DNA from: Mobula hypostoma
Lineage: Eukaryota
Assembly (NCBI RefSeq): GCF_963921235.1
Contig: NC_086097.1
Span: 210,678,001-210,742,000, forward strand
Direction: 5' to 3'
DNA length: 64,000 nucleotides
Both the position numbers and the translations under genes were made by a program. The notes beneath the pieces are model-generated. The model was not told the origin of the DNA, did no database searches, and saw nothing but the letters and a program-made list of their open reading frames with translations. Shown here piece after piece: positions 50,681-61,099 of this stretch. Every line of letters starts with the position of its first letter. The first letter of the stretch is position 1.

Positions 50681-52718
50681 GTAGATGAGTGTGTGTTTTC
50701 AAGAGTATATCGGACATACCCAAACCAAAAGTGGTGGATGAACTAGGAGTCTGTTGAGGGCTAGATCTGTGGCATTCAAAGTCTGGTGATCCAGAACTAT
50801 ACAAGAAGTCCAGGTACAACCTATGGAAGGCTATTTTAACGGCGAGAAAACAATTCCAAATGAGGTTAGAGATAGAATCAGATGCATATCAGCTCTTCCA
50901 TTGTGTCTTACAAAGTGAAAACTAACATCATGAATGGCTGTGATTTTTCACTCCCAGGTGAGCGCAATGCCTTTTATGCATGCTTTGACAGGGAGAATAA
51001 AAGTACACCTGTGCAAATCATTGCAGCCTCTGATGGCCCTGAAACCTCTGTCTCGAAGGCCAACATCAGAACATCTTTTAAGAGGGTGACCCCTTGCAAG
51101 ACATCAGACCCTGTTGATGTACCTGGAAGAGCATTGAAAACCTGTGCTAACCAACTGGTGGGAATATTCAAGGACATCTTCAATATCTCACTGCTGCTGT
51201 TGGAGGTTCCTCTCTACTTCAAAAGGACAACAATCATACCAGCGCCCAAGCAGTGCAGGGTGAGCTGCCCCAACTACTATCACCCGGTGGCACTCAAAAC
51301 TATTGTGAAGAGGTGCTTTGAGAGGTTAGTCAAGGATTGTATTGACTCCTGGACTTGGACTCATTTCAATTTGTCTATAGCCTCAATAGGTCTATAGCAG
51401 ATACAATCTCACTGGCTCTCCACTCAGCCTAGAAATACTTAAGTCAGGTTGCAGTTTTTTTTATTGCATTCAACACAATCATACCCTCAGTTCTAATAAG
51501 CAAGCTCCAAACCCTGGGCCTCTGTTCCTCCCTCTACAACTGAATCCTTGACTTCCTCACCGGGAAACCACAATCTATGTGGATCAGAAATAACATCTCT
51601 TTCTCACTGACAATCAACACTGGTGCATCTGAAGGATGTGAGCTTAGACCTCTGCTCTATTCTCCCCTCACACCATGACTGTGTGGCTAGGCGTGGCTCA
51701 AATGCCATCTATAAATTTGTTGATAACACAACTATTGTTGGCAGAATTTCAGATGGTGATGAGGAGGCGTACAGGAGCAAGATAGATCAGCTGGTTGTGT
51801 AATATCATAACAACAACGACCTTGCACTCATTATCAGTAAGACCGAAGAATTGATAGTGGATTTCAGGAAAGGAAGTTGAGGGAACCCACACCAGACCTC
51901 ACTGAGAGATCAGCAGTGGAAAGGAGGTGCAGTTTCAAGTTCCTTGGGGTCAATATTTCTGAAAATCTTTCCTGGGCCCAACTTATTGATGCAATTACAA
52001 AGAAGACGTGACAGTGACTATCTTGCATTTGGAATTTGAGGTGACTTGATATGTCACTAAAGACACACAAAAATTTCTACAGTTGTGCAGTAGAAACTTC
52101 CAAGAAGACCACAACCTTGCCATAGGGTTTGGAGGCTTGCATGCTTCAAAGACCCTAAGAGCTTTGTTGGCTGGAGTCAGGGCCTTGTGCTTTGATTCTT
52201 GGTAGGATCTCCCATGCCAGCAGCATAAAATGCAGTAACTAAGTAAGCAAGTACAATGGAGAGCACTCTAACTGGTTGCATCACCATCTGGTATGGAGAG
52301 GCCACCGCACAGGATCAGAAAAACAGTTGCAAAGAGCTGTAAGCGCTGCCAGTTCCATCATGGGCACTAGCCTCTCCGGCATCCAGGTCATTTTCAAAAG
52401 ATGATGTCTCAAAAGGGCAGCATCCATCATTAAGGACCCCCATCACCCAGGACATGCCCTCTTCTAATTGCTACCATCAAGGAGGTGGTACAGGAGCCTG
52501 AAAATGCACAATAAACATCGAGAGCAGTTTATTTCTCTCTGCTACACCACCTCACTATTTTTTCCTCTCTTTTTCACTACCTATTTATTTTTCAATATAT
52601 GTATACTTTTATTGTAATTTTTAGTTTTTTTATTTGTATTGCAGTGTATTGCACCTCATAACATCAAATTTCACGGCATACAATATGCCGGTGATATTAA
52701 GCCTGATTCAGACTCTGA
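50681..52718 (+). mobile_element. Rex1/Babar-type LINE, 5'-truncated
   Basis: ORF 50882-51397 (GRALKTCANQLVGIFKDIFN..YHPVAL..KRCFERLV), KFVDNTT; tail gcctgattcagactctga. Confidence 0.85.
52100..52222 (+). mobile_element. Probable RTE-clade 5'-end fragment inserted in the Rex-type LINE
   Basis: accacaaccttgccatagggtttggaggcttgcatgcttcaaagaccctaagagct...ggtaggatctcccatg resembles RTE/Expander 5'UTR starts (from recall) and interrupts the FYSC...MESTLTG frame. Confidence 0.4.
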
Positions 52719-54290
52719 CCAGGCCTATGCTCCTTCGGATTGGTCCTGCAACTTCCTGGGCCTAACCTGCTGGGAGGTAGGACAGCTCACAGCCGCTGTC
52801 CTGGTCTCATCAAATGTCAACGCCACTCCTCGAGCCTCTGCCAATTTTTCTTGCTTCCTCCCCATTAGATGCTGCCCTTCTGGTGTGCCCATACTGCCAG
52901 GCCCCCACGGTCTTTCTCCTCAGGAAGCGCTGTGGCCATCACGATCTGCACCACTTGATCAGCAGCAGAAGTATATATGGCCTCCTCAGTGTCCCGAGAG
53001 GTGTTGGCATCTACACGGTTGACTGTGATTGGGCACCAATGTGCATCCACTCAGATGTTTCCCCAAGAACTGCTAGGTTCTGCTTAAGACAAGGTGGCAA
53101 CAACATCGCTGCTGCCCAGGAGTCAATGTAGATACTCACAGGCCTCATCGCCTCCTGGAGGGGCAGGCTCACAGCCACCAGCTCAACCATTTGGCTAGAT
53201 CCCCCCCCCCCCTCGCCTTCTGGGTAGCAGCCCTCCCTGATGCAGGGTGAAGAGCTGAATTCTTCCACCACTGGGTACTGCTCCACCAACGGCAGAAGCC
53301 ATCGGAAAACCAGACTTTTGCTCAGGTTTACTCTACTGTATGGGTGAGGGGACAATGGTGGGAATCGCCTTATCCAGGGCCTGCCTCACAGCCTCCTGCA
53401 AGGGCCCCTGTAGCAGCACATAGTGTATGTAATATAATGCAGAGATGGTGGGCTCTAATTGTATCCCCTGCAGATCCTGGGCAATCTTGCTGTGGCATGA
53501 GGTGGGACTTTGGGAGGTGGCTGAAAGTGTACTGTCTACACTAACAGGTAAAAGCAAATTGGTCCCGTGACTCTGTACTCAGGGGACGGAGATGAAGGCA
53601 TTGGCTAGTTTTGCCACTGTATACCAATGCTTCCCCTCCCTACCCCGTATGTTCTCAATAAATGACACTCCAAAACAGCCACTGTGAGGGATAGCACGTA
53701 CTTATCCAACTGTCTATTCGATGTACTTTTTCAATGGAATTGTGCCAGTGTTATGGCCCTGCACACCAGCCACGCCAGGCTATTGTAGGGGGAGGGTGCA
53801 GGATGACCCTCTCTTGCAAAAGGGCCTTCACAGTTGCCCGATCTCCTTGTTGCCTCCCAGAATCCCGTACTGCTTACTGTTTGGTGTTGACTATCATGGT
53901 TGGGGTTGGGGGGATGGGGTAAAGGGGAGCAGGATCACCAAAGGCTCCTGCTTGACCAACTCTGCCAGTACCTTCACCCACGCCACTCTGCAGGGATCTA
54001 ACCCTTATTCCCAGAATGCACTTGGGGAGGCCACTGCCAAGCCGGTCATGGGTCTGGCTTGTCCTTGTCTGGTGGCCACCTGCAAAATAACCTCCCAGGT
54101 GGGGAGAGCTGAGCCACAAGCCCCTCTCAGATTTCCCTGGGACCCTACTAGCTATTGGGGTTCCCGCAATGATGGTGTGCTCGGCGCCATTGTCCATCGC
54201 TGCACATTTCCTTTCCCCCATGTAGGGCAATAGGTACATGAGATCTTAGATCCTCTTGTTGGGAAAGGGGCTCTAAGCATATATAAGCCG
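52719..54290 (-). pseudogene. pol: Class III (ERV-L/ERV-S-like) retroviral pro-pol, decayed: protease, RT, RNase H, integrase zinc finger
   Basis: PR: DLRSHVPIAL-WGKGNVQR..MDNGAEHTIIAG. RT: KQYGILGGNKEI, PYNS, WYTVAKLANAFISVPL..ESRDQFAFT, QYTF, SPTSCH..IAQDL, YIHY in the YIDD position (53420-53431). RH: GGSSQMVELVAV, IYIDSWA. IN: WAHQK..ARGVALTFDETRTAAVSCPTSQQVRP. There is an internal deletion near 53370. Confidence 0.9.
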
Positions 54291-54308
54291 GGAGCTCTGA
54301 CCCTACCC

Positions 54309-54440
54309 CTATGTGGGTGGAGCGGGAAGGCACCACCCACTGCCCGACCCCTGCTGCCACGGAAGGTCCGCCTGTGCCTTTTGCAGAGCTTCCACTGTTC
54401 AAGTGGGATTTGAAGCCCCGAGAGGAATGGAGCACAGTAG
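54309..54440 (-). pseudogene. gag: ERV gag C-terminus (minus-strand copy) ending TAG-GGG just before pro
   Basis: VEALQKAQADLPWQQGSGSGWCLPAPPT*, lying directly upstream of the protease. Confidence 0.6.
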
Positions 54441-54444
54441 ATGG

Positions 54445-54760
54445 AAGGACCCCACATGACTTGTAAGGAAATAGTTTTGCCGTTGCTTAGAGCCACGGTC
54501 CGAAGGGAGTAGGTGGATGGGGTTCAAACTCCCAACTCTATGCCATGTGGCGGGAGCATTGCCAGGGAAGAGAGACAAAGAGGCCATTAGGAGAAGGTCA
54601 TTCTCTAAACCCTCCCCTGGTAAGAGCTCTTTCTGTCCTCCGTAGGATTCATGGGGTTCTTTATATCCCGTTAGAGGCTCTGCAAAAGACACTGGTGGAC
54701 TTTCAGCAGCAGCGGGTATTGGGCAGTCAGTGGCACTCACCCACTCCATTCAGACAATGA
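54445..54760 (+). pseudogene. gag: ERV gag C-terminal region (plus-strand copy)
   Basis: GPHMTCKEIVLPLLRATVRRE*VDGVQT..LYAMWRE resembles the ERV-L-type Gag motif (VTRK.MW..L..AGV..E.IDG). It ends LEALQKTLVDFQQQ..SQWHSPTP, homologous to the minus-strand copy. Confidence 0.6.
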
Positions 54761-54949
54761 GTCACATTGTCCAGGGGTGGACTGTTTCCCCTGCACAGGC
54801 GGGAGGGCTGATTGTGTTATTGACCCCCCACCTGCATCTTTCAGGGTGGTTCAGGGTGCTGCAGCAGGTGGTGGACAACCTGAGCTTCTGGCCGGCAGGC
54901 CTGGGATGGTCCCCAATGTCTCAGCACTTGGCAGATGCCGGATCCTCCA

Positions 54950-55126
54950 GACGTGGATGAGGTAAAGAGTTGGAGTGCAGTGGGAGGTTTGGGTGCAGTA
55001 CCCACAGAGGCCACCAGAGTGCAGTGCTATCGTGGTGCGCGGAGCATGGAATACGTGATACGAAGCGCTACGGGGGAACAGAAGATAGTCTGTCTAAATA
55101 CCCAGAGACTAAGCAGGAGGAAGTGA
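54950..55126 (+). pseudogene. pol: ERV pol extreme C-terminus
   Basis: EVWVQYPQRPPECSAIVVRGAWNT-YVIRS...RLSRRK* parallels the ERV-L Pol tail (KVWV.PP..KP.PAEV.A.G.GN..WV). Confidence 0.55.
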
Positions 55127-55139
55127 TCTACAGAAAGTC

Positions 55140-57378
55140 AAAGTGACGGATATTGACGGTAGAGCATATGATAGTGGCTGGTGTGAGATCCTACAACACA
55201 TTTCTATGGATAGTGGGCAAGTATGTGAACCACACCAACTTTTTGGACTGTTGCCTCTGCTTGAGGGTGCCATCCTATGCTGCAGAAAGAGGTGCCGCTG
55301 ATACTGATCCACTTTAACAAAGAAGAATAGGACTGTTGGAGGAACTTCTTCAGCTTCTCCAGATTTTGGGATTCTGTTTTGAGTGAAGCATGGAGCGGGT
55401 AGACCATTCCAGCCACCCTCGCCCTATTGTATGGGAATGGCCTTAAAGAACTTGATTCTCAGTAACCCCCAGAGGAGTACGTGGTTTCAGGGCTGGTACT
55501 TGCCTACTTATTATTTGTCTAATGTCCCAACTCAGAGAGTAATCCCTTTGCCATCAGAGAAGGGGAAGGAGTGTCCATGAAGCCGGTGTGATGAGCACAG
55601 GTCCAACCAGTCAGTGTGGCACAGAGAGTGTTATTGCGAGCGGCGTCCTGGGATGGCTGTGTCAACACCGAATGGCGCCGTGAAGGAGGGCACTCCCTGG
55701 TCGCTGAACGGTAGGTCCTGGATGTGCTGCCCTTGGTCCTACCCGTGGCTTCCTGTAGGATGGTACAGCTGCTGCTTTCCAGGGTATGTGAATGGAGCAC
55801 CCTGCCCACGAGGGTTGACACATTAAGAGACGTATCACAGAGGCAGAAAGGTTCTGGATGGTAGCATTCTCTAGTATGGCGCAGCCAGGCCGTTCTGGGA
55901 ACTAACATATGATGGAGGTACAGGCCAACGTGTCGGCCGCAGTGCTCAAGCTTACAGAGGATGCCCTGACCAGAGAGTCAGCTGAGATGATGACATTTGG
56001 TGGGCTTGCAACATCAAATAGAAACATAGAAACATAGAAAATAGGTGCAGGAGTAGGCCATTCAGCCCTTCGAGCCTGCACCGCCATTCATTATGATCAT
56101 GGCTGATCATCCAACTCAGAACCCAGCCTTCCCTCCATACCCCCTGATCCCCCATAGCCACAAGGGCCATATCTAACTCCCTCTTAAACATAGCCAATGA
56201 ACTGGCCTCAACAGTTTGCTGTGGCAGAGAATTCCACAGATTCACCACTCTCTGTGTGAAGAAGTTTTTCCTAATCTCGGTCCTAAAAGGCTTCCCCTTT
56301 ATCCTCAAACTGTGACCCCTCGTTCTAGACCTCCCCAACATCGGGAACAATCTTCCCGCATCTAGCCTGTCCAATCCCTTTAGGATCTTATACGTTTCAA
56401 TCAGATCCCCCCTCAATCTTCTAAATTCTAACGAGTACAAGCCCAGTTCATCCAGTCTTTCTTCATATGGAAGACCTGCCATCCCAGGAATCAATCTGGT
56501 GAACCTTCTTTGTACTCCCTCTATGGCAAAGATGTTTTTCCTCAGATTAGGGGACCAAAACTGCACACAATACTCCAGGTGTGGTCTCACCAAGGCCTTG
56601 TACAACTGCAGTAGTACCTCCCTGCTCCTGTACTCGAATCCTCTCGCTGCATACCGTTCGCCTTTTTCACCGCCTGCTGTACCTGCATGCCCACTTTCAA
56701 TGACGGGTGTATAATGACACCCAGGTCTCGTTGCACCTCCCCTTTTCCTAATCGGCCACCATTCAGATAATAATCTGTTTTCCTATTTTTGCCACCAAAG
56801 TGGATAACTTCACATTTATCCACATTAAATTGCATCTGCCATGAGTTTGCCCACTCACCCAACCTATCCAAGTCACCCTGCATCCTCTTAGCATCCTCCT
56901 CACTGCTAACACTGCCACCCAGCTTCGTGTCATCCGCAAACTTGGAGATGCTGCATTTAATTCCCTCATCTAAGTCATTAATATATATTGTAAACAACTG
57001 GGGTCCCAGCACTGAGCCTTGCGGTACCCCACTAGTCACCGCCTGCCATTCTGAAAAGGCCCTGGACTACCTGCTCATGGAGAAAGGAGGCATCAGTGCT
57101 GTGATTGGTCAGGAGTACTCTACCTACATCTTTGACGAGTCTGGGAAGATTACTCACTTGGTTAATCATATCCAGCAATCAGTAAATAAAATCAGAAAGG
57201 TTATGGGCCACCTCCATAACTACCATACCCCAGGGGAATGTTGGTGGTCTTCTGGGTCATTGGGAGCTGCTGACCTACTGTACTGCCCTGGGTATTAACT
57301 AATGGTCTGTTAATTCTGGGTATTATTGTGTTATGTTTTTTATGTAGTGTAGTGGGGCATCCATGGAGGTTATGCTAG
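55140..57378 (+). pseudogene. env: Gamma-type retroviral env (SU+TM), decayed and split by CR1 56023-57057
   Basis: SU: NTFLW...NHTNFLDCCLC (CxxC at 55249-55260) and NGRSWMCCPWSYPWLPVGWYSCCFPGYV. Furin-like HIKR at 55819-55830, then RITEAERFWMVAF and a heptad. ISD NR|KALDYLLMEKGG, degenerate CX6CC (SAVIGQEYS), TM anchor WVLTNGLLILGIIVLCFLC. Confidence 0.9.
56023..57057 (-). mobile_element. Young 5'-truncated CR1 inserted in env
   Basis: VTSGVPQGSVLGP..FADDTKL..LYKALVRPHLEYC; near-identical to 35805-36634; (TTTCTATG)n tail. Confidence 0.95.
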
Positions 57379-57412
57379 CCTGCAGGCCGAGTGTCACAGT
57401 GTTGTGTTTTTC

Positions 57413-57423
57413 AAGGGTTGAAA
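57413..57423 (+). promoter_or_regulatory. Polypurine tract of the ERV
   Basis: aagggttgaaa immediately before the LTR TG; resembles the ERV-L-type PPT AAGGGGTGGA. Confidence 0.65.
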
Positions 57424-57898
57424 TGTTGTATTAAGTGTCTAGCATACTTACTCGTCAAAAGCGATTCCCCTGTGGGAAGCCTGTGTAAGGAACATTGCAC
57501 CTACCACCTGCTGTTTAGCGGATGACATCACGGTGCCAGTAGAGTTTAAATCTAGTGTGGGGTAACCACATGGCCTCCTCTCGCTCTGCAGACTGCCACA
57601 GGCAGATCAGTGCTGCCATGCTAGCGTTAAACACTGGAGTTGTGCTGCAGTAGACCGGGCCCGGGCACACACTTTAGATAAGTATTTGCCACTGTGTGTA
57701 TATTGAATGTACAGTATGTTTTGTCCTGCCAATCTGAGCACTCAGTTGGGATAAGTATTTGTAACCAAGTGTAAATTGAAACGTTTACTGAATGTTTATT
57801 GTCTGTCTAGTCCTGTGAATAAATAGCTAACTTACCCACCAGTGGTGACTGTCTTCTGTCCCTACTCACCGAACCTGAGGAACTGATTTTACACAACA
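57424..57898 (+). mobile_element. ERV 3' LTR (475 bp)
   Basis: Starts TGTTGT and ends ACAACA (perfect 6-bp inverted termini), follows the PPT and env, TATA-like tttaaa at ~57545, AATAAA at 57818-57823. Confidence 0.85.
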
Positions 57899-59879
57899 GC
57901 ATTGAAGTGTTGAACTGAGCCAATATTTGAATTCAAATTTACAGCATTTGCAAGGCAAAAATACAATTATTTTGTAAATTAATCATTCATGTTATTTGAA
58001 TTAAAATAGCTCACTAAATTATGGAAATTAGATCATTTTCTAATTCCAAGCAGCTACTTAGAGCCCTGATTTCCCAAAGTGGACACCAAAGCAATAACTA
58101 AATAAATTTGAACAGAAATAAAATTGCATGCTTAATATAAATTTTAAATATAGAGCTATCTGCTTATAAGTATTTGCATCTCCAAATATTCTTTCATGTA
58201 ATTATATCATCTATTTACATACAGTAAGAAATTAGTTCCATTTATGGTTAATAAATTTAAAATAAAAGCATTAATTACAATTCATTAATTTAAGTAACAA
58301 TCAGATTAACCATGGAGTGCATACAAAGCACTTTTCCATAAATAGCTGAAATTAACTGTATAAAATCGTGCTGAACTTTTCCTCTGCAGCTTGCTTTCAT
58401 GATCCTCCCCCAGGACTAATCAGTATTTACAGCACTCTAGGGTAGTAATTTCTATTAAAAGATATATGGATCACTGTCATTCTATATAGCAAAAAGGTTT
58501 GTTAGAAAGCCTCAGAACAATCTTAATTCAAATGGCTAATGTTAGAGGATATCTAAAATTTTATCATTTTGTGAAAACCAAATTAGATGAACAAAATCAC
58601 AGTTTAAAACATGGAATAACTCATCTTTGCTTTGGCTATGATGGCATTTATTACAATTATTCTTACTCCATGGTAACATTAACAGGGACTCTTTGAAAAT
58701 GTTTATCTGCCCATAATTCATAATTACCACCAGTTAATGACAGCAATAGAACACAATGAGAGTGTGCAACATGGAAAGAATGATAAACTGTTTCGTATGA
58801 AAGGCCTGAAAAACATTTTGATATGTGTATGAACTCTGTACACAGATACATTTTTGAGCTGTGAGCAGCTCAGGTTATGAACTGTTCACAGCAATGGAAA
58901 CCTGTGCTAACCTGGGCAGACCTGTAATGTGATCTAAGTGACAGAAGCTTAATAGCTTCTCAGTTATTGATATCATATTTAATGCATATGTTATTTAGTG
59001 TTTGCTGGTCAATTTCATCTGAAATACAGAAGTCTATAATCCCAAACCATTATGGCAACCTGTTCACTTTCAGTAAAGACAGCCTACCTTCATGCACTAT
59101 AAAGAGTGGCATTGCACTGATTTAGCTTGAGTTAAGTGTTTTGGAGAAGGCACACCATTCATTTTATTAATCACACCAATTTCTAACTATTCTAAATCAA
59201 TCCTATGATGCAGCAAGGATGTAAAGCTTGGCTTTTGCTTGGCTACTGCCTCAGAAGACCACCTTCACCCAAACATAGAGCTAAGCCCTTGACAACAATG
59301 AAATCTCGATCCAAGGGAGCAGCAGTATATATATAGTTAGTCAGAGCTTCCACCGCAACCCTTATAGGTTGAATGGATTCCACTAGTGATAAAATGAAAG
59401 ATAAAACAATGGGCACTGTATGCTACCATAAGCAGTGGATCCACAAGTGCTACCACAACAGCTATTTCCACCGCAGAGAATGGGCTCTTGGCTGAACAAT
59501 CTCCATCACCCCCCACCCGCCCCACCACATTTACGTATGCATCTGCTCAGACCAGTCCTCATCAGAACATTTTGTGTGCTGCCTCTGGATTAGTGAGTTG
59601 ACATGTGAATACCTTCTCCTTCTTAGCTAACTCCTGTCTATTATATCTGTTGACCCATCACGTGCAGATCCCATTTCTAAGAGAGCTATTAATGCCTGAA
59701 AAATGCATGTGAAGATGGAATAACATAGCAGTTTCTTCTTCTATGTCTAATGCAGCTGGTAGGCTTTAGTGAAGATAGAAGAAAATGCAAGAGAGACATG
59801 AGTGAAACCATCTGTACCTGACAAAACCAAAGAGATTGTTGAAAGAGGTGGAACTGGAATGCATACTATAATATTCAGT

Positions 59880-60510
59880 GATGGATCCAACAGCCATCAC
59901 TGAAATCTCCACCATCAGGGCCTTTTCTGTATTCTCACAGCCCCTATCTGGCTGGAGATACAGAAGCCCAAAGTTCCCCTTGCTATCTTCTCATATCTTC
60001 CATTTGTCAGGTGGTACAGTAGCCCAAAGTCCCCCTTGCCATTTTCTCACATCTTCCACTAGGCAGGAGATACAGAGGCCTGAAGTTTCCCTTACCTTCT
60101 TCTCACATTTTCCACTAGGCAGGAGATACAGGAGCCCAAACTCCCCCTTGCCATCTTCTCGCATCTTCTATTGAGCAGGAGGTACAGAGGCCTGAAGTCC
60201 CACACCATCAGGTTCCAAAGCAGTTGCTTCCCTTTGACCATTTGGTTCTTGGACCAACTGAAAAAAGACTAATCAAAGGAGTTTAGGAATGCTATGACCA
60301 CTCTGATCAATTTGCACTGAAATGGACTTCATTTTGTTGTTATAATTTTGTTCTCTCTCGTAAAAAATAGTGTTTTATTTAAGTTTAATTTATGCTTTTC
60401 TTCTGAATATTGCTAATATGATGTTATATGCCTAGTTGCTGCTGCAGGTAAGTTTTTCATTGCATCTGTGCATGTGTGTACTTGTGTATCTGAAAACAAA
60501 CTTGACTTTG
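59880..60510 (+). mobile_element. Rex1/Babar-type 3' fragment containing a minisatellite
   Basis: GRRYRS..SHT.RF..S.FP motif and an aaacttgacttt tail. Confidence 0.6.
59932..60211 (+). repeat. 56-bp tandem repeat, 5 units
   Basis: Unit approx. ttctcacatcttccactaggcaggagatacagaggcctgaagtcccccttgccatc, starting at 59932, 59988, 60044, 60100 and 60156. Confidence 0.9.
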
Positions 60511-60627
60511 GCCTTATATCCCTCAGAAGCCACATCCTCTTTGGATATCAATAGTGGGGCACTGTGAAATTAGTGCGGCTAATCTTTACAGTGATTTAAA
60601 TGAGTTACAACTTCCACTACGCTTAGA

Positions 60628-61095
60628 ATCATAGAGTCATAGAGCAAGAAAGCACAGAAACAGGCTATTTGGCCCTCATGCCAAACTTTTATTCTGCCTA
60701 GCTTATTGATCTGCATCCAGGCCACAGTCCGGCATGCCCGTCTCATCCATGTACCTATCCAAACTTCTCTTAAATGTAGAAAATTAATCTGCATCCACCC
60801 CTGGCAGCTTGTTGCACACTCTCACCACCCTCTGGGTGAAATTTTCCTTCTCAGCTTTCCCTTACATATTTCATTTTTCACCATTTACCTATGACCTCTA
60901 GTTCAGTCCCACCTCTCATTCTTGCCAACCCTTTCCATATCCCTCATAACTTTGTATCCCTCGGTTCACTCTCCTCCAGCGAATAAAGTCCTAACCTGCT
61001 CAACTTTTCCCAAAATGCAGATCCTCAAGTCCCAGTAATATCCCTGTAATTTTTTTCTGAGCTCTTTCAAACTGATTGATATCTTTCCTGTAGGC
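60628..61095 (-). mobile_element. Old CR1 3' fragment
   Basis: tagaatcatagagtcataga tail; decayed ORF2 end. Confidence 0.65.
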
Positions 61096-61099
61096 TAGG

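Noticed and set aside
52100..52222. HDV-like ribozyme at an RTE 5' end
   Set aside because: I could not build the nested double pseudoknot by eye, and the fragment is short and decayed.
55140..57378. env as a domesticated syncytin-like gene
   Set aside because: It has stops, frameshifts, lost CX6CC cysteines and a 1-kb CR1 in the ISD, so it cannot encode a functional protein.
59932..60211. Regularly spaced repeats as a CRISPR-like array
   Set aside because: The units are contiguous tandem copies without unique spacers, are LINE-derived, and lie in eukaryotic DNA with no cas genes.
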